Assembly: GCA_036555275.1 (NCBI GenBank)
Contig: DATBLR010000073.1
Span: forward strand, 1,079-65,078
Length of the DNA stretch: 64,000 nucleotides
Source of the DNA: Gemmatimonadales bacterium
Lineage (GTDB): Bacteria > Gemmatimonadota > Gemmatimonadetes > Gemmatimonadales > GWC2-71-9
Reading direction: 5' to 3'
Shown one piece after another: positions 24,251-33,315 of this stretch. The notes beneath the pieces were generated by a model. The model had not been told where the DNA came from, did not search any database, and saw only the letters and a program-made list of their open reading frames with translations. The first letter of the stretch is position 1. Each line of letters opens with the position of its first letter. A program made the position numbers and the translations under genes.

Positions 24251-25345
24251 ATGCTCCGCCTCGGTATCGTCGGCCTTCCCAACGTCGGCAAGTCCACGCT
24301 CTTCAACGCCCTCACCTCCGCGGGGGCGCTCGTGGCCAACTACCCGTTCGCTACAATCGAGCCGAACACCGGTGTCGTGACCGTTCCCGATCCCCGCCTG
24401 GACCAGCTGGCCAGGATTGTGCAGCCGGAACGGGTAGTCCCTGCGGCCGTGGAATTCGTCGACATCGCCGGGCTGGTCCAAGGCGCGAGTCAGGGGGAGG
24501 GCTTGGGCAACCAGTTCCTCGCCAACATCCGCGAGGTGGATGCCATTGTCCAGGTGATCCGCTGCTTCCAGGACGACGACGTGCAGCACGTCATGGGACC
24601 GGTTGACCCGGTGCGCGATCGCGAGGTCGTCAACATCGAGCTGCAGCTGGCGGACCTGGCCTCGGTCGAAAAGCGACTCGACAAGACCAGCCGCGCGGCG
24701 AAGTCGGGTGACCCGCAGGCGAAGCTGGAGACCAGACTGCTCACCGCGCTCCGCGACGCGCTCGCCGCCGGGCGCCCGGCCCGCAGCGTGGTCCCGGCGG
24801 AGGAGGAACGGAGCACCTTCCGGAGCTTCAATCTGCTGACCGCGAAGCCGGTGCTGCACGCCGCCAACGTGCTGGAAGGCGAGCTGGCCGGTGGCAACCG
24901 GCACGTCGACGCACTCCGCGCGGCCATCGAGCGCGACGCCGAGGAGGCGGAGGTCGTGGTCTTCAGCGGCAAGGTGGAAGCAGAGCTGGTGGAGCTTCCG
25001 CCCGAGGACCGCGTCGAGTTCCTGGCCTCACTCGGGGCAAGCGAGTCGGGCCTGGACCGGCTGGCGCACGCCGCGTATCACCTGCTCGGCCTGCAGAGCT
25101 TCTTCACCGCGGGCGAAAAGGAGGTTCGCGCCTGGACGATCCATCGGGGTGACAAGGCCCCCCAGGCGGCTGCCGTCATCCATTCAGACTTCGAAAAGGG
25201 CTTCATTCGGGCCGAGACGGTCGCCTTCGCGGATTTCGTGCGAGCGGGCGGCTGGAAGGCCGCGCGCGAGCAGGGCCTGGCTCGCGCGGAAGGCAGGGAA
25301 TACGTCGTCGCGGACGGCGACGTGATGTTATTTCGATTCAGCTAG
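24251..25345 (+). CDS. ychF: Redox-regulated ribosome-binding ATPase YchF
   Basis: MLRLGIVGLPNVGKSTLFNALT...YPFATIEPN...FVDIAGLV...AWTI..G..AP.AAGVIHSDFEKGFIRAE is canonical YchF. I chose the ATG at 24251. The track start at 24206 would translate the repeat arm. Confidence 0.93.
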   Translation: MLRLGIVGLPNVGKSTLFNALTSAGALVANYPFATIEPNTGVVTVPDPRLDQLARIVQPERVVPAAVEFVDIAGLVQGASQGEGLGNQFLANIREVDAIVQVIRCFQDDDVQHVMGPVDPVRDREVVNIELQLADLASVEKRLDKTSRAAKSGDPQAKLETRLLTALRDALAAGRPARSVVPAEEERSTFRSFNLLTAKPVLHAANVLEGELAGGNRHVDALRAAIERDAEEAEVVVFSGKVEAELVELPPEDRVEFLASLGASESGLDRLAHAAYHLLGLQSFFTAGEKEVRAWTIHRGDKAPQAAAVIHSDFEKGFIRAETVAFADFVRAGGWKAAREQGLARAEGREYVVADGDVMLFRFS

Positions 25346-25708
25346 ACCGCCCGCCGGCGCGGGCCGCCCGAATCGCTGGGTCGCGTAGCCGACGATCAGC
25401 CCGACCATCGATCCGGGAATCATGATCTCCCAGAAATACCGCTTTCCTGTTGCCGGGTCGGTCCCGAGTGCGAACGGCAGGGCAAATAGCGCCGCAATCA
25501 CCAGTCCGCCCAGGATTCCGATCGCCAGGTTGTCCACCCTTCGCGCCAGCCAGCCGATCAGCACCCCCGCAACTAGGCCCTTGCCCATCGAACCGATCAC
25601 GATACCCATGATGTGAGGCGCGACCTCGGGCGCCGAGATCAGGGCCGTCAGACCGTCCATCGCGCCGAGAATCCCTCCAAGGATGAGCCCCAAGAGAGGT
25701 TTGCTCAT
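25328..25708 (-). CDS. Small Gly-rich integral membrane protein (4 predicted TM helices)
   Basis: 126 aa with glycine-zipper-like helices (LLGLILGGILGAMDG, IMGIVIGSMGKGLVAGVLIG, IGILGGLVIAALFALPF, IPGSMVGLIVGYA). It converges on ychF with an 18-nt overlap of the 3' ends. Confidence 0.6.
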   Translation of the reverse strand: MSKPLLGLILGGILGAMDGLTALISAPEVAPHIMGIVIGSMGKGLVAGVLIGWLARRVDNLAIGILGGLVIAALFALPFALGTDPATGKRYFWEIMIPGSMVGLIVGYATQRFGRPAPAGGLAESK

Positions 25709-25780
25709 GCTGCCGCCTCCAGGTTCAATGGTGGTTGGAATATCCTGGCTCTGTCCTATGACCCGTCCGGCGGATCTTCT

Positions 25781-26743
25781 TTAGAACCCCCGAACGACCA
25801 GAAACAGCAGCCGCATCGCCAGGTAGGCCAGCACCAGCAGAATCGGGGTCTGGTACCGGGTATAGAAGCGCCCGGCCCGCTCGGCCAGGGTCTCCCGATA
25901 CGCCAGCACGGGCTGGCCGTCGAGGAACCTGGTAACCTCGGCGGCCAGATCGGCCGGACTGGAGTATCGCGCGGCGGGCTCCGACGCGGTGGCCCGGGTC
26001 CAGATCGCGGCCAGAGACCGTGGCGGCGCACCTCCTCCCGCAACTGAGCGCAGTATCGTGCCAAGAGCGTAGACGTCGGTCCGGGCGTCGATGAGCCCAA
26101 CTTCACCCTGGGCCTGCTCCGGAGCCATGAAGCCGGGGGTTCCGAGCACCGTCCCTGGCGAGGTTTCGCCCGGCTCCGGCGGCCGGTCCGGGTCCGAATC
26201 CAGGCCTGGTTCCGGGCTCTCGGCCGCCTCCGCCACGCGGGCGATCCCCCAGTCGAGCACGAGCACCTCACCGAACGCGCCGACCATGATGTTGGCCGGC
26301 TTGAGATCGCGGTGAATGACGCCCCGGGTGTGGGCAAAGCCGACAGTCTCGCAGATTCGTAGAAACACCCGCAGGACCTCGCTCCGCGTCCGCCCCTCGG
26401 CGAACTGATCCAGTCGCTGGCCCCGGATCAGCTTCATGACATAGTAGACCCGTCCGTCTGCCAGCGTGCCGGCGTCGTGCACAGGGACGATTCCCGGATG
26501 CTCCAGCCGGGCCAGCACTCGAGCCTCTCGGCGGAGCCGCCCGGCAATGGCGTCGTTGGAAGCCTCAACCCGCAGCACCTTGAGCGCGACCTCCCGTTCG
26601 AGAACCCGGTCGAGAGCGCGGTAGACGGTCCCCATGCCGCCCTGCCCGACCTGGTCCAGCAGCTGGTACCTGCCGTCCGGGACTTCGGGAGACTCCAGCA
26701 TCCGGCGAAGGTGGGCGACGGTCCCATCGGGAAGATGGGTCAT
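25781..26743 (-). CDS. Ser/Thr protein kinase, C-terminally tail-anchored
   Basis: Hanks kinase motifs are present: GQGGMGTVY, ALKVL, HRDLKPANIM, DWGIA and GTPGFMAPE. A single C-terminal TM helix (ILLVLAYLAMRLLFLVV) sits 3 residues from the end. The ATG at 26743 forms an ATGA overlap with the sigma factor stop. Confidence 0.88.
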   Translation of the reverse strand: MTHLPDGTVAHLRRMLESPEVPDGRYQLLDQVGQGGMGTVYRALDRVLEREVALKVLRVEASNDAIAGRLRREARVLARLEHPGIVPVHDAGTLADGRVYYVMKLIRGQRLDQFAEGRTRSEVLRVFLRICETVGFAHTRGVIHRDLKPANIMVGAFGEVLVLDWGIARVAEAAESPEPGLDSDPDRPPEPGETSPGTVLGTPGFMAPEQAQGEVGLIDARTDVYALGTILRSVAGGGAPPRSLAAIWTRATASEPAARYSSPADLAAEVTRFLDGQPVLAYRETLAERAGRFYTRYQTPILLVLAYLAMRLLFLVVRGF

Positions 26744-27531
26744 GGCGGATCGACCCCGAGCAGCTCTCGCACTTCGAGCCGGAACTCTTCCTCGCTGCCG
26801 GTGAGGGAGCGGAGGGCCGCGAGGACATGACGCCGAAACTCCCGCCTGGCCCAGGCCAGGTGATTGGTCACCTGGGTCACCGGCAGTCCGTGCAACGCAG
26901 CGAGTGCCTTGTAGGAGGGTCGCTCCGGCCCGCCGGCCGGGTCGAGATCGTACTGTTCGAACAGCCGGAATCGAAGGGCAAGATTCTCCGTCTCGCACTG
27001 GGCTCGGAGCGCGTCCACGGCCAGTCCGAGGAGCGCCCGGGCCAATTCCTGCCGGAAATGGGCCTCAGCATCGACCTCGGCGACATTCCCGGTCCGGGCG
27101 AATTCGTGATCGGCACCGGCGAAATCGAGCGGGAGAATCGTCGCCCCGCCACCGCGTTTCACCCGGTTTGCCGCCCGTCGAGCGTTGGCGGCGAAATGGT
27201 CGAGGCAGACCTTGAGGAAAGTCCGGAACCGGGCACGCCCAGGATCGTACCCATCGAAGAACCCGCGCTCCATCGCCGCGCTGAAGAACTCCTGGGTCAG
27301 GTCCTTGGCCTCTTCGCTGTCGATCTGCCAGCGGATGCGCAACCGGCCATAAAGCGGCTTCCAGTAGACCGCAATGAGCGTTTCAAATGCGTGTCGTCGG
27401 GCCGCTTCGTCCGGGCCTCCCGCCGCGACGATGAGCGACAGCCGGGTGGCAGGGAACGCCCGCGCCGGGCCGCCGATGTCGGTGTCCTCTCTCATGTGCG
27501 AAGCCGCCCCGCCGGCTCTTCCCGCATTCAC
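26740..27531 (-). CDS. ECF-type RNA polymerase sigma factor (kinase-associated type)
   Basis: The region 2-like segment is AKDLTQEFFSAAMERGFF. The region 4 HTH-like segment is YKALAALHGLPVTQVTNHLAWARREFR. The GTG at 27531 has GAGG 5 nt upstream, and the ATG at 27495 is an alternative start. The gene is translationally coupled to the kinase. Confidence 0.75.
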   Translation of the reverse strand: MNAGRAGGAASHMREDTDIGGPARAFPATRLSLIVAAGGPDEAARRHAFETLIAVYWKPLYGRLRIRWQIDSEEAKDLTQEFFSAAMERGFFDGYDPGRARFRTFLKVCLDHFAANARRAANRVKRGGGATILPLDFAGADHEFARTGNVAEVDAEAHFRQELARALLGLAVDALRAQCETENLALRFRLFEQYDLDPAGGPERPSYKALAALHGLPVTQVTNHLAWARREFRRHVLAALRSLTGSEEEFRLEVRELLGVDPP

Positions 27532-27655
27532 GCTGGCCTCGAGCCCCAGCGTTCTCCGCTGCCGGTGACGAGTGTATACTTACTCAAACGCACCCTCGTC
27601 CCGACCGCGGCGCCACCTGTTGGCGCCGCTCCTGTTCCCGCGGATTCCCTGATCC

Positions 27656-28681
27656 ATGACCTCGACTGCTGGTAGCGAGCTCGCCCGTTTCAGCCCCGAT
27701 TCCGCCCTGGCCCGCGCTCCCGAGATTGCGGCGCAAAGCGCGGCCTTTCGCGATGTGCTCACCGAAATCGGCCGGGTCATCGTCGGGCAGCAGGTGCTGT
27801 TGGAGCGCCTGCTGATCGGACTCCTGGCCGATGGCCACCTGCTCCTGGAGGGCCTCCCCGGCCTGGCCAAGACGCTGGCCGTCCGCTCGCTTGCCGCCAC
27901 GATCGACTGCGATTGCCGCCGGATCCAGTTCACGCCGGACCTGCTGCCGGCGGATCTGATCGGCACCATGATCTACAATCAGCGCACCGGCGACTTCACC
28001 GTCCAGCGAGGGCCGATCTTCACCAATATTCTGCTGGCCGACGAGGTCAACCGCGCCCCCGCCAAGGTTCAGAGCGCGCTGCTGGAGTCGATGCAGGAGC
28101 GGCAGGTGACAATCGGGGGAGCGACGCACCGGCTGCCCGATCTGTTTCTGGTCCTCGCCACCCAGAACCCGCTGGAGCACGAGGGAACCTACCCGCTTCC
28201 GGAAGCCCAGGTGGATCGCTTCCTCTTCAAGCTGCTGGTTACCTATCCGACCCGCTCCGAGGAGCGGGAGATCATCGACCGGATGACCGGCGCGGCCGAG
28301 CCGACCACCCGGGTGGTCATTCATCCCGATCGGGTGCTGCGCGCCCGCGAGATCGTGCGCGGCCTGCACGTGGATGATCGCATCAAGGAGTACGTGCTCG
28401 ACCTGGTCGCCGCGACCCGGGAGCCAGCCAAGTGGCAGCTGAAGGAACTCGCCGCCCTGGTGCAGTTTGGCGCCTCGCCCCGGGCCGGGATCAATCTGGT
28501 GAAGGCGGCCAAGGCCCATGCCTTTCTGGCCGGACGCGCCTACGTCCTGCCCGAGGACGTCAAGGCCATGGCCCACGATACCCTGCGACACCGACTCATC
28601 CCCACCTACCAGGCCGAGGCAGACGGCGTCACCGGCGACCAGATGCTGGACCGGATCCTGGCCGCGGTGCCGGTGCCGTGA
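27656..28681 (+). CDS. moxR: MoxR-family AAA+ ATPase
   Basis: GHLLLEGLPGLAKT (Walker A), ILLADEVNRAPAKVQSALLESMQE (Walker B/sensor) and ATQNPLEHEGTYPLPEAQVDRF are canonical MoxR motifs. Confidence 0.93.
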   Translation: MTSTAGSELARFSPDSALARAPEIAAQSAAFRDVLTEIGRVIVGQQVLLERLLIGLLADGHLLLEGLPGLAKTLAVRSLAATIDCDCRRIQFTPDLLPADLIGTMIYNQRTGDFTVQRGPIFTNILLADEVNRAPAKVQSALLESMQERQVTIGGATHRLPDLFLVLATQNPLEHEGTYPLPEAQVDRFLFKLLVTYPTRSEEREIIDRMTGAAEPTTRVVIHPDRVLRAREIVRGLHVDDRIKEYVLDLVAATREPAKWQLKELAALVQFGASPRAGINLVKAAKAHAFLAGRAYVLPEDVKAMAHDTLRHRLIPTYQAEADGVTGDQMLDRILAAVPVP

Positions 28682-29556
28682 CTCCCGCCGAACTCCTCCG
28701 CGAGGTCCGCCGGATCGAGCTCACAACCCGCGAGCTGGTGCGTGATCTCGTGGCGGGCGACTATGCCAGTATCTTCCGCGGCCGCGGCGTGGAGTTCGCC
28801 GAAGTGCGAGAATACCTCCCAGGCGACGACATTCGCTCGATCGACTGGAACGTCACGGCCCGTCTGGGGTCGCCGTTCGTGAAGCGCTTTCATGAGGAAC
28901 GGCAGCTGACCCTGCTGCTCCTGCTCGACGTGAGCGCCTCGGGCGGCTTCGGCAGTGCCAGTCGTACCAAGCGGCAGCTGACCGCCGAAGTCGCGGCGGT
29001 CCTCTCGCTCGCCGCCACCCGGCATCGCGACCGGGTCGGCGTCGCCTTCTACTCCGACCGGGTGGAGTGGTTCGCGCCGCCCCGCAGCGGACGCCGCCAG
29101 GCGCTCCAGGTCGTTCGCCAGGTTCTCTCCTATGAACCGGAAGGCCGGGCCACCGACCTGGCCTCGGCCCTCAGGTTTCTGGAGCCACTGCTGCGGCGCC
29201 GCGCCGCCGTGGTCGTGCTCTCGGACTTCCTCGACCGGGAGCAATGGCCCGCTCTCGACCGATTAGCCTGGCGGCACGACCTGATCGCGATGCAGGTCAG
29301 CGACCCACGGGAGCGGACCCTGCCGCCCGTGGGGCTGGTCACCCTCTGGGATCCCGAGTCGGGCGACTGGCAGCTGGTGGATACCAGCAATGCCGCGGAG
29401 CGCGCCCACTTTCACCGGGAACGCCAGGCCTTCGATGACGGGCTGGCGCTGTACTGCGCCGGGCGGGGCATCGATCTGCTGCGGCTGGATACCGATCAGC
29501 CGTTCGGCGCGCGACTGGCGGCGTTTTTCAGCCGCCGGGAGCAGAATCTCACATGA
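28678..29556 (+). CDS. DUF58 domain-containing protein (MoxR partner, VWA-like)
   Basis: FRGRGVEFAEVREYLPGDDIRSIDWNVTAR...LLLLLDVSAS is the typical DUF58 signature. The GTG at 28678 forms a GTGA overlap with moxR. The longer track ORF is out of context. Confidence 0.88.
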   Translation: MTPAELLREVRRIELTTRELVRDLVAGDYASIFRGRGVEFAEVREYLPGDDIRSIDWNVTARLGSPFVKRFHEERQLTLLLLLDVSASGGFGSASRTKRQLTAEVAAVLSLAATRHRDRVGVAFYSDRVEWFAPPRSGRRQALQVVRQVLSYEPEGRATDLASALRFLEPLLRRRAAVVVLSDFLDREQWPALDRLAWRHDLIAMQVSDPRERTLPPVGLVTLWDPESGDWQLVDTSNAAERAHFHRERQAFDDGLALYCAGRGIDLLRLDTDQPFGARLAAFFSRREQNLT

Positions 29557-30497
29557 CGTCCCAACGACGCGCTCTGCTGTGGGCGTGTCTGGTCGGCTGC
29601 CACACGCTGCTCCCGCCTCGCCTCCAGGGGCAGGTGCTGGAGGTGCGCCCGGAGCAGAGCGCCGCTACACTGGGTGATCCAATCACCCTGCGAATCACCG
29701 CGCGCATGCCGCCGGGGATGCAGCTGATCGATGCGGCACCCCACCCGCTCGTCCCGCCGCCCCGCGGGATTCGGCTCCTCGCAACCGACACTCTCAGGCC
29801 GCATGCCGGCGGCATCTACACCGGAACGGCCCGGGTCGCGTTTTATCGAATCGGCCCCCAGCCCGTACCGACCTTGGCCCTGCTCTACCGCGCCGGACCG
29901 GGGGAACCGCCGGACACGCTGCTCCACATGCCAGTCTCCGTGGAGATCACTCCCATTCTGCCCGCCGGAAACCCGTGGCTCAAGGATATCAAGCCGCTGC
30001 AGGCCATCGGCGGGCCAGCCTGGCTCCCGCCTGCCCTGCTCATGGCGGCCATCCTTGTCGCCTTCTGGTGGCTCCGGAGGAGGAGTCGGCTCGACGGCTC
30101 GACGACTCAGCGACTCGACTCCCCGCCCGCCCAGCCCTTCGACCGCGCGCTCGCGCGACTCGAGACCATCGAGCGGGGGGCCCGCGCCAGCGGCAATGGC
30201 ATCGTCCCCTCGTACACTGACACCGCCGTCGTGGTGCGAGATCTGCTGCTGGAAATCGGCGCGATTCCCCATCACGGGCTGACCACCCCGGAAGTCGGCG
30301 CTACCCTCCCCCCCGCCCTCGCGGCAGGTGACCTGCGCGCGCGCTGCGAGGCGCTGCTGGGCGACGCCGACCTCGTGAAGTTCGCCAGGGTGCGACCCGA
30401 CTTCGCCGCCGCGGAGCGGCAGTTGGCTCGAGCCCGGGCCCTCCTCGAGGCCTGGCGTGACACCGCCGAGCCGCCGAGTCGCCGAGCCGCCGAGTAA
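29553..30497 (+). CDS. Membrane protein with periplasmic Ig-like N-domain, one TM helix and DUF4381-like cytoplasmic tail
   Basis: 314 aa. It has a signal-like N-terminus, a central TM helix (PPALLMAAILVAFWWLRRR) and a C-terminus containing ...GDADLVKFARVRPDF... as in the small Bat-operon membrane proteins. It has an ATGA overlap upstream and a TAATG overlap downstream. Confidence 0.65.
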   Translation: MTSQRRALLWACLVGCHTLLPPRLQGQVLEVRPEQSAATLGDPITLRITARMPPGMQLIDAAPHPLVPPPRGIRLLATDTLRPHAGGIYTGTARVAFYRIGPQPVPTLALLYRAGPGEPPDTLLHMPVSVEITPILPAGNPWLKDIKPLQAIGGPAWLPPALLMAAILVAFWWLRRRSRLDGSTTQRLDSPPAQPFDRALARLETIERGARASGNGIVPSYTDTAVVVRDLLLEIGAIPHHGLTTPEVGATLPPALAAGDLRARCEALLGDADLVKFARVRPDFAAAERQLARARALLEAWRDTAEPPSRRAAE

Positions 30498-31486
30498 TGC
30501 GCTTCGCGAACCCCTGGCTCCTGCTCCTCCTGGCCTTTCCCCTCTGGCTCTTCTGGGAACGGTGGCGAATCCGCCGCCGGCCGCCGCAAGAGCGGATTGC
30601 CTTTCCGGCGCTCCGCTTCGCGAATCGGCGGCCCACCCTGCGGCCCCGTCTGCACCGACTCCCTGTCATGCTCGGTCTGGCGAGCCTGGTGCTGCTAGTC
30701 ATGGCGCTGGCTCGCCCCCAGTTGCCCGGGGCCTCGGAACCGACCCGGGTGCGGTCCCGCAACCTCATCTTCGCGCTCGATATCTCGAGCAGCATGAAGG
30801 CCACCGATTTTCAGCCTGGCAACCGGCTGGCGGTCGCCCGCGACGTCCTGCGGCAGTTCATCACCCGGCGTCAGGGTGACCTGATGGGCCTGGTAGTCTT
30901 TGCGGGCCGCGCCTTCTTGCAGGCCCCGCTGACGACCGACGTGAATGTGCTCGATCGCCTCGCCGAACAGGTGGAGATCGGATTGTTGCCCGACGGGACC
31001 GCCATCGGCACAGCCCTCACCCTGAGCCTCAACCAGCTCAAGAACCTCCCGCACAACGCCTGCGCCATCGTGCTCATCACCGACGGCGCCAATAACGCCG
31101 GCGAGATCTCCCCGGCCCAGGCCGCCGAGGCGGCCCGGGCGCTCGGCGTGAGGATTCACACCGTAGGCTTGAGTTCCGCCGACACTTTCCAGATTGCCCT
31201 CAACGGTGTCTGGGCGGTCCGGAATCTCAATGCTAGGCTCTCCGGGCGGGACGAGGAGGTCCTCAAGGACATCGCGACCCGGACCGGCGGCCAGTTCTAC
31301 AAGGCGACCGATCCCGACATGCTGGGCCAGATCATGAAGGAGATTGATCCGCTGGAGCGGCTCCAGGTCGAAGTCAGCGAAACGCGCGAATGGCATGACC
31401 TGTTTCCGACGCTGCTCGGTGCCGGTGTCGCCTTGCTGCTTCTCGAAATGCTGCTCCGGGCCACCTGGCTGCGGACGCTCCCATGA
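30497..31486 (+). CDS. batA: VWA domain-containing aerotolerance protein BatA
   Basis: The N-terminus is MRFANPWLLLLLAFPLWLFW. The VWA MIDAS region is IFALDISSSMKATD, followed by LITDGANNAG and a C-terminal TM helix. Confidence 0.88.
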   Translation: MRFANPWLLLLLAFPLWLFWERWRIRRRPPQERIAFPALRFANRRPTLRPRLHRLPVMLGLASLVLLVMALARPQLPGASEPTRVRSRNLIFALDISSSMKATDFQPGNRLAVARDVLRQFITRRQGDLMGLVVFAGRAFLQAPLTTDVNVLDRLAEQVEIGLLPDGTAIGTALTLSLNQLKNLPHNACAIVLITDGANNAGEISPAQAAEAARALGVRIHTVGLSSADTFQIALNGVWAVRNLNARLSGRDEEVLKDIATRTGGQFYKATDPDMLGQIMKEIDPLERLQVEVSETREWHDLFPTLLGAGVALLLLEMLLRATWLRTLP

Positions 31487-33240
31487 GTGTATTCGTCCAG
31501 CCAGGCGCCCTGGCGCTGCTCCTGGTGATTCCGGCCCTGTGGCTCATCAACCGCCACGCGACCCGGCGCAGCGCTTTCGAGTTGCACCAGTTCGGCGATC
31601 CGGCGCTGCTCGCCCGAAGCTCGAGGCTGACGGCCCCCGATCGCTCCACGATGCGAACGGGGTTGCGCTGGCTCGCGCTCGCGGCTCTGATCCTGGCGCT
31701 GGCTCGACCTGAGTGGGGGCGCCAACCCCGATCGCTGGTGCGTACTGGCCGGGACCTGATCGTCGCACTCGATCTGTCGCGCTCCATGCGGGCGGGGGAT
31801 GCCGGAGGGGTCCGCCTGCGCGCCGCCAAGCGCCTCGCCTGGCAGCTGGCAGCCACCCGCCCGGGCGACCGGATCGGGCTGGTGATTTTCGCCGGCGCCG
31901 GGTTCCTGCAACTGCCGCCGACCGCGGACCTCGCCACCTTCCAACTGTTTCTGGACCAGGCCTCATTCGATGACATTGCCGACCCGGCCACCGACCTCTC
32001 CGCCGGACTCCGGGTGGCGGAGCGCGCCCTCAGGCGCGAAGGGACCGCAATCGGCTCCCGCGCGGTTCTCCTGCTCAGCGACGGGGAACGCTCCGAGGGT
32101 GCGCTGGATCCCGTCCTGGAGATCTACCGCCATGCCAGGCTCCCGATCTTCGCGGTCGGCGTCGGCACGGTCGAAGGCGCGCGGGTCCCGGCCGACTCAG
32201 GATCCTCGCTCGGCCCGTGGCACCTGGATAACATCGGGCGCCCCGTGGCCTCCCACCTCGACGAGGAGGCGCTTCGCAAAGCCGCGCAGGGGTCGGGCGG
32301 GGCCTATGCCCGTTGGGATGATGCCCGGGCACTGGATGGAATGACACAGGCCCTGGCGACGCTGGAAGCGCGGGTGCTGGCCGCCGAGCATGCCGACGAG
32401 CCCCGGCAACGCTATCAATGGCCGCTGGCGGTGGGCATGGTCGCCCTGCTCATCGAAGCATTGCTGACCGTTCGATCGGGCGGGACACCAGTAAGACGAT
32501 ATGACGATGGAGCAGTCTCCTCAGCCTCTCCCTTCCCGTCATACCAGCCTGCCGCCACGGCTACCCTCCTCCTGGTGCTGCTCCTGTCGTGCGCCGGCGG
32601 AGCTCGCGAAGCCCGGCGAGGCCAGAAGCTCTACGACCAGGGCAAGTATCTGGACGCCTACCAGGCATACCAGGCCGTCGTCAAGCAGCAGGGAGGACCA
32701 GAGGTTCGCTACAACACCGGCAATGTGCTATACCGCATGAAACAGTACTCCGAGGCCTCAAAGAGCTGGCGTGAGGCGATGAACGGCGCCTCCGACCGTT
32801 TGCGGCAGGAGGCCTTCTACAACATGGGGAACGCCTTCGTCCGCTCTTCCGAAGATGCCAATGCCTTGAGTGGCTACCTCGAGCGCGCCCTCGATGCCTA
32901 TGAGGAGGCTCTCCGTCTCGACCCGGCTGATCGGGATGCCAAATGGAACCTGGAGGTCGCCCTGCGACGCCGGGGAGACGTCGAAGGGGAAGGCTCGCGC
33001 GGACTGGGAGGACGGGCCGACTACGGCCGGGGGGGCCATGAGGAGGGCTACGAGGGAAACCGGGAGGCGGCCGTGGGAGCCCTGGCCGGAGGCGGCCAGG
33101 GCGGCGATGAGGGAGAATCGGTGGAGGAAATGGATCCCGATCAGGCACGCGCTCTGCTCGAAGCCGTGGAACGGCAACAGCTCTCGACCCACGAGGGCAG
33201 GCGTGCGCGCGCAACTGGAGGCGCAAACCGCGACTGGTGA
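31483..33240 (+). CDS. batB: BatB-like VWA protein fused to BatC-like TPR domain
   Basis: The N-terminal TM helix is followed by a VWA domain (LIVALDLSRSMRAGD, LLLSDGERSEG) and a second TM region. C-terminal TPR repeats follow (YDQGKYLDAYQAYQAV, YNTGNVLYRMKQYSEA, AFYNMGNAF, ALDAYEEALRLDP) and then a Gly/Glu-rich tail. The start forms an ATGA overlap with batA. Confidence 0.85.
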   Translation: MSVFVQPGALALLLVIPALWLINRHATRRSAFELHQFGDPALLARSSRLTAPDRSTMRTGLRWLALAALILALARPEWGRQPRSLVRTGRDLIVALDLSRSMRAGDAGGVRLRAAKRLAWQLAATRPGDRIGLVIFAGAGFLQLPPTADLATFQLFLDQASFDDIADPATDLSAGLRVAERALRREGTAIGSRAVLLLSDGERSEGALDPVLEIYRHARLPIFAVGVGTVEGARVPADSGSSLGPWHLDNIGRPVASHLDEEALRKAAQGSGGAYARWDDARALDGMTQALATLEARVLAAEHADEPRQRYQWPLAVGMVALLIEALLTVRSGGTPVRRYDDGAVSSASPFPSYQPAATATLLLVLLLSCAGGAREARRGQKLYDQGKYLDAYQAYQAVVKQQGGPEVRYNTGNVLYRMKQYSEASKSWREAMNGASDRLRQEAFYNMGNAFVRSSEDANALSGYLERALDAYEEALRLDPADRDAKWNLEVALRRRGDVEGEGSRGLGGRADYGRGGHEEGYEGNREAAVGALAGGGQGGDEGESVEEMDPDQARALLEAVERQQLSTHEGRRARATGGANRDW

Positions 33241-33315
33241 CACTCGAGTGACTCGGCGCACCTCCCCGCCGCCAGGATATTAGATTGGACCCAACTTCTC
33301 AGTTCAGGAGCAGTC

